This document shows positions 50,901 to 56,900 of a DNA stretch of 64,000 nucleotides, piece by piece. Numbering within the stretch: the stretch's first letter is position 1; each line of letters opens with the position of its first letter. Source of the stretch: Burkholderiaceae bacterium (GTDB lineage Bacteria; Pseudomonadota; Gammaproteobacteria; Burkholderiales; Burkholderiaceae_D); assembly GCA_036560485.1 (NCBI GenBank), contig DATBRC010000065.1, forward strand, positions 1,020 to 65,019, written 5' to 3'. The translations under genes were made by a program, and so were the position numbers. The notes under the pieces are model-generated. The model worked only from the letters and a program-made list of their open reading frames with translations, did no database searches and was not told the DNA's origin.

Positions 50901-53900
50901 CCACAACAAAGATCGTACGCAGACTTTCATGACGCTGTATCAGCGCGGCAAAACTCTGCTCCAATGCAGGTATATCGACCTTGCCGGTCAATCGCATTGC
51001 TGTCGGAATATTGTAGGTGGCGGTGCCGCCTTCCATCTCATACAGGAACCAATACGATTGCTGCTCCAGCGACAACGGCACGATATTGCTGTCTGCACGC
51101 GGTTCGACCTGCGGCAATAGCGCATCCTTGCTGGAAGCTTCGGCAATCCGTTTGGCCAATGCCGCAATGTTGGTATAGACAAAAAGGTCGGCCACTTTCA
51201 ACTGCACGCCAAAGCCTTCCTTGATGCGCGAAATCACCTGGATCGCCAGTAGTGAATGTCCGCCCAGGTCAAAAAAGTTATTGTTGATCCCAACTTTTTC
51301 CAGCTTAAGCAATTCACCCCAGATAGCCGCAAGCCCGACTTCAATCTGATTGCCCGGTGCGACATATTCTGTCTTGACCAGGCTGGCAATATCCGGTTCC
51401 GGCAAACGCTTTCGATCGACCTTGCCATTCGGCGTCATCGGGAATTGTTGGACCGGGACAAATATCGATGGGATCATGTAGTTCGGCATCGACTGTGCTA
51501 AATGACGACGCAGCGCCTCGGCATTGAATGCATCATGTTCAATGACCAGATAGGCAACCAGGCGTTGGTTGTTGTCGCGATCCTTATGCAACACGACGAT
51601 GCTGTCGATGACACCCGGCTGTTTCGATAATGCCGTTTCAATCTCGCCAAGTTCGATACGGAAACCACGCAGCTTGACTTGGTTATCGATACGGCCGATG
51701 AACTCAAGGTTGCCATCGTTCAGCCAGCGCGTCAGGTCGCCGGTTGCATACAGCTTGCCGGAACCGAACGGATTGTCGACAAATTTTTCCTTGTTCAATT
51801 CATCGCGGCCGAGATAGCCCCGCCCTACGCCACAGCCGCCCACATACAGTTGTCCTGCCACACCGACAGGCGTCGGCTGCATCAATTCATCCAGCACATA
51901 CAACTGCACACCGCGCATCGGCTTGCCGATATGAACCACATCGGATGCCGGCGTCAGTCGTCCAATACTCGAACAGACAGTCGCTTCGGACGGACCGTAT
52001 GCATTGTAGAAATTTCTGTCGTGCGACCATTCCTTCATCAAGCCAAGCGGGCATTGCTCGCCGGCGACGACCAGGTGCGCTACAGATTGCCACATGCTTC
52101 TATCCAGGACAGATAGCAACGCCGGCGGCAGAGTTGCATGCGTAATCCCTTTACGAGCAACGTAATCAGAAAGATCGGTACCGGACTGTGCAATCTCTTT
52201 TGACATGATGTGCAAACACGCACCTGCACACAAGGCCATGAAGATTTCCGATGTCGCTGCGTCGAATGCAAACGATGCGAACTGGATGACATGGCTATTG
52301 CCATCAACATGGAAAAATTCTTTTTGCGCTTGCGCCAGATTCGATAAACCTTTGTGCATCAGCAGCGATGCCTTCGGGTTGCCGGTTGAACCGGATGTGT
52401 AGATCACATAAGCGAGCGAATCTGGTGTCAGACCCAGCTTGGCGACCGGAATATCTTCTGATGAAAGTGCATCGAACAACACATTGTTATCAATGAAGAC
52501 GAGTCGTTGCCCATTGATTGGCAGCACGTGTGACAAGGATGTCTGCGTCATCACCAGCTTGACGCCGGAATCCTCCAGCAAATAACGTAAGCGATCGGAT
52601 GGATAAGTCGGATCAAAAGCAACATAGGCGCCACCCGCTTTCAGGATACCCAACATCGCAACGACCAGTTCCAGCGAACGTTCTGCACACAGGCCGATCA
52701 ACGTGTCCGGCTTGACGCCATTCGCAATCAAATAATGCGCAACCAGATTGGCGCGGCGATTGAGCTCCTCATACGTCATTGTCTGTTCATTGAACTGCAG
52801 CGCAATGGCGTTCGGCGTCTTCGCAACCTGCTCTTCAAAAAGCAGATGGCTGCAAACCGGTTCGAACGCATCGTTTGCATAGGCGTTGCAATTGCTCAGC
52901 AGCGTGTGCCTGTCGCTCTCGGTGACTAGCGGCAAACGTTTGACAGCGATCTGCGGTGATTGTGTGACTGCATCCAACAGTATTGCGAAGCTGTTCGCCA
53001 AGCGATGGATCGTTGCTTCGTCAAACAGATCCTTTGCGTATTCCCAATTCAGTTTCAAACCTTGGTCAGATTCGACGATATTCAAGGTCAGATCAAATTT
53101 GGTAGCAAGTGCTGTTTCCCTGATTTCAGCAGCTTCCAGTCCAGCCAATTTCAGGCGGTTCTCGCCGCCGCTTTGGAATACCAGCATGACCTGGAACAGC
53201 GGATTAACACTTTGACTGCGTTCGACTTGCATTTCATTGACCAGCATTTCGAACGGCAGATCCTGCTGCTCATATGCATCCAGCAAAGTCGATTTGCTTT
53301 GAGAAAGCAAGGCAGTAAAGTCCAAATCTTCCGAAAAATCGCTACGTACCACAAGCGTATTGACGAACAGGCCGACCAACGGCTCCAGCTCCACCAGATC
53401 GCGATTGGCAACCGGCGTGCCGAGCACGATATCGGTCTCGCCGCTGTAGCGATGCAGCAAACCGGCGAACGCCGCATGCAATACCATGAATAACGTGGCA
53501 TCGTTTTCTTTGGCCACGTGATGGAGACTGGCAGACGTATTGGCTGAAATGATTTGTGCAACCACACCGCCTTCATGACTCGATTGCGCCTGACGTGCAT
53601 GATCGAGCGGCAGGTTATGCACGCTTGGCAGATTTGCCAATTGGCTGCGCCAATAGGACACCAGTGAATTCAGTTTGTGGCCTGCAAGCGTCTTGCGTTG
53701 CCAAGCCGAATAGTCGGCATACTGATATCGCAGGTCCGGCAACGATGCGCTGCGGTTTTCGACAAAGGCACTGTACAACTCTGCCAATTCTTTCACCATG
53801 ACACCGGTAGACCAGCCATCGCTCGCGATGTGATGCATGGTCACCAGCAACGTGTGTCGCTTGTCAGACAGCTTGATCAAGGTGGCGCGCAACATCAGAT

Positions 53901-56900
53901 CACGCGCCAGGTCGAATGGCTGCCACGCTTCTTCTTCAGTCAATGCGTGAAGCGCATTGAATTGCGCAAGCTGCTCGCGATCCGACAGATCGATTTTCTT
54001 CAGCTCAAATTCGACCGGATCGCGAATGATTTGGTGTGGCAACCCATCCTTTACATCATAGACGGTGCGCAGAATCTCATGACGGCCGATGAACGCATCA
54101 AATGCCTTCTCCAGTGCGGCCGCATTCAACTCGCCGGACAATTCGATCGCCGCCGGCATGTTGTACTGTGCCGCAATGGTATCGATCTCATTGACGAGCC
54201 AAAGACGCTGCTGCGCATACGACAGTGGCAATGTCTCTTCACGCGAAACACGTTTGATCGGATGACTCTCAAGTCCGGAGGCCTGTTCAATCAATGCGGC
54301 AAGTGCATGCAACTCTTGCGCTTCGAACGCTCGCTTGATCGGAAATTCGATTTTCCAGCGGTCACGTACTTTTGCGACCATGCGCATCGCCAACAGAGAA
54401 TGGCCGCCAAGATCGAAGAAATTATGGTTGATGCCGATTCGGTCAACATTCAGCAATTCACACCAGATAGCGGCAAGGCCTTCCTCGACACCGTTGCGCG
54501 GAGCGACATACTCGGTACTTATCAGACTGCTGATATAAGGTTTCGGCAGACGCTTCTTGTCCACCTTGCCGTTGACACTGAGCGGTAATGTATCGATTGA
54601 GATGAAGGCTGATGGAATCATGTAGCTTGGCATCGATTCCGCCAAATGACTGCGCAATACATCAGCATCGATCGTACCTTCTTCCGGAACGATATACGCA
54701 ACCAGCCGCTTATCACCGGGTACATCTTCACGCGCCATCACAACGGCATCGCGCACTGCCGGCAATGCGGCCAGTGCAGATTCAATCTCGCCAAGCTCGA
54801 TACGGAAGCCGCGAATTTTCACCTGATCGTCAATGCGGCCCAGGTATTCGATATTGCCATCCGGCAGATAGCGCGCCAGGTCGCCGGATCGATACATCCT
54901 TGCACCGGACTCTGCACTAAAAGGATTCGGAATAAATTTTTCTGCAGTCAGGTCGGGACGGTTCAGGTAGCCACGCGCCAGGCCGACACCGGCGATATGC
55001 AATTCACCGGCAACACCAACCGGAGTCGGGTTACCGTATGCATCGAGAATATGGATCTGGATATTGGCAATCGGTTTGCCGATCGGGACGCAATGCAGAT
55101 CGGTATTTTCTCGGCATTGCCAGAACGTGACATCGACCGATGCTTCGGTCGGGCCATACAGATTATGCAGTTCAACGTGACGAAGCTGTGCAAAGAAGCG
55201 CCGTTGCAATTCAATCGGCAATGCTTGTCCGCTGCAAATAACCTGTCTCAAGCTGCCGCATAATTTCGTCTCTGCCGTGCTCAAGAACACTTCCAACATC
55301 GGCGGCACAAAGTGCAGCGTCGTGATCGCTTGCGATTGAATCAGTTCCGCCAAATACTGTGCATCCTGATGGCCGCCCGGTTTGGCGACAACCAGAGTAG
55401 AACCATATAAAAGCGGCCAGAAAAATTCCCACACCGAGACATCGAAACTGAACGGGGTTTTTTGCAAGACACGATCGGCGGCAGTCAGCCGATACGCTTG
55501 TTGCATCCATTGCAGACGATTGACAATCCCGGCATGCTCAACGCCAACGCCCTTAGGACGTCCAGTCGATCCGGAAGTAAAAATGACATAAGCGAGATTG
55601 CGCGCGACAGTATGGTTTTCAGGATTGCTGGTGGCGTACGCTTCGACTTCATGCCACTGCGTATCAAGACAGAAGGTTTTGGTATCGCTTGCCGGCAAAT
55701 TTTCCAATAAATGCTGCTGCGTCAACAGTACCGGCGGCTTGCAATCCGACAGCATGAATGCCAGACGATCTTTCGGATAATCGGGATCAAAAGGCACATA
55801 GGCGCCGCCCGCTTTTAAAATGCCATACAGACCGATCACCATTTCAATCGATCGCTCAACGCAAATCCCTACTTGTACATCAGGACCGACTCCGATGCTG
55901 CGCAAATAATGCGCCAGCTGATTTGCCTTGGTGTTCAATTCGGCATAGGTTAGCGCGGTATCTTCAAATACCAATGCCGTGTGATTTGGCGTACTTGCAA
56001 CCTGTGCTTCAAACAATTGATGCAGCGTCAGATTCTTGGGATAGTCGACTGCCGTATCGTTGAATACATCAAGGAGCTGATGTCTTTCATTTGCATCAAG
56101 CAAAGACAAATTGCTCAAGCACTCACTTGGCGCACTCACAATTTCCGCCAGCAAGTGTTTGAAATGCGATGACAGCCGGTGTATTGTTGCCTCGTTAAAC
56201 AAATCGGTCTTGTACTCCAGATGACCTGTGAGCCCCGCTTCACCTTCGGCCAATTCCAATGTGATATCGAACTTTGACGTCTTGGATGCAATCGTATTTT
56301 TCCGTACTGTGACACCGGGTAATGACAAGCTGTTTTGGTCTATGTCCTGCAGCACAAACATCACCTGGAACAGCGGCGATGTCGTCAAATCGCGCTCTTT
56401 CTGCACCAGGTCAACCACCTTTTCAAACGGCAGATCCTGATGTGCATAGGCATCGACCGTTAACGCTCTGATGTCCTGCAATAAATCGCTGAACATCGGA
56501 TCGCCGCCATAGTTGGCACGCATAGCCAGCGTGTTAACGAAAAAGCCCATCAGGTTTTTCGTTTCCATCATCGTGCGGTTTGCGATCGGAGTCCCTACAC
56601 AAATATCGTCCTGACCGCTGTACTTGTGCAGCAACACGCCAAAAGCAGTCAACAGGGTCATATACAGTGTGACGCCGTGTTCCTTGCTCAAGGCTTTCAA
56701 TTGATCCGTCAGCTCTGCATCCAGTTGCAGCGGAATTGAATTGCCTGAATATGTCAGCGTTGCCGGCCTGATTTTGTCGACCGGAAGCTCCAGCGGTGTC
56801 ACACCATCCAACTGCGATTTCCAATATTCTTCCTGCCGTTGCAGCACGTCTCCGGTCAAATAATCACGTTGCCAGGCCGCATAATCAGGATATTGAATCG

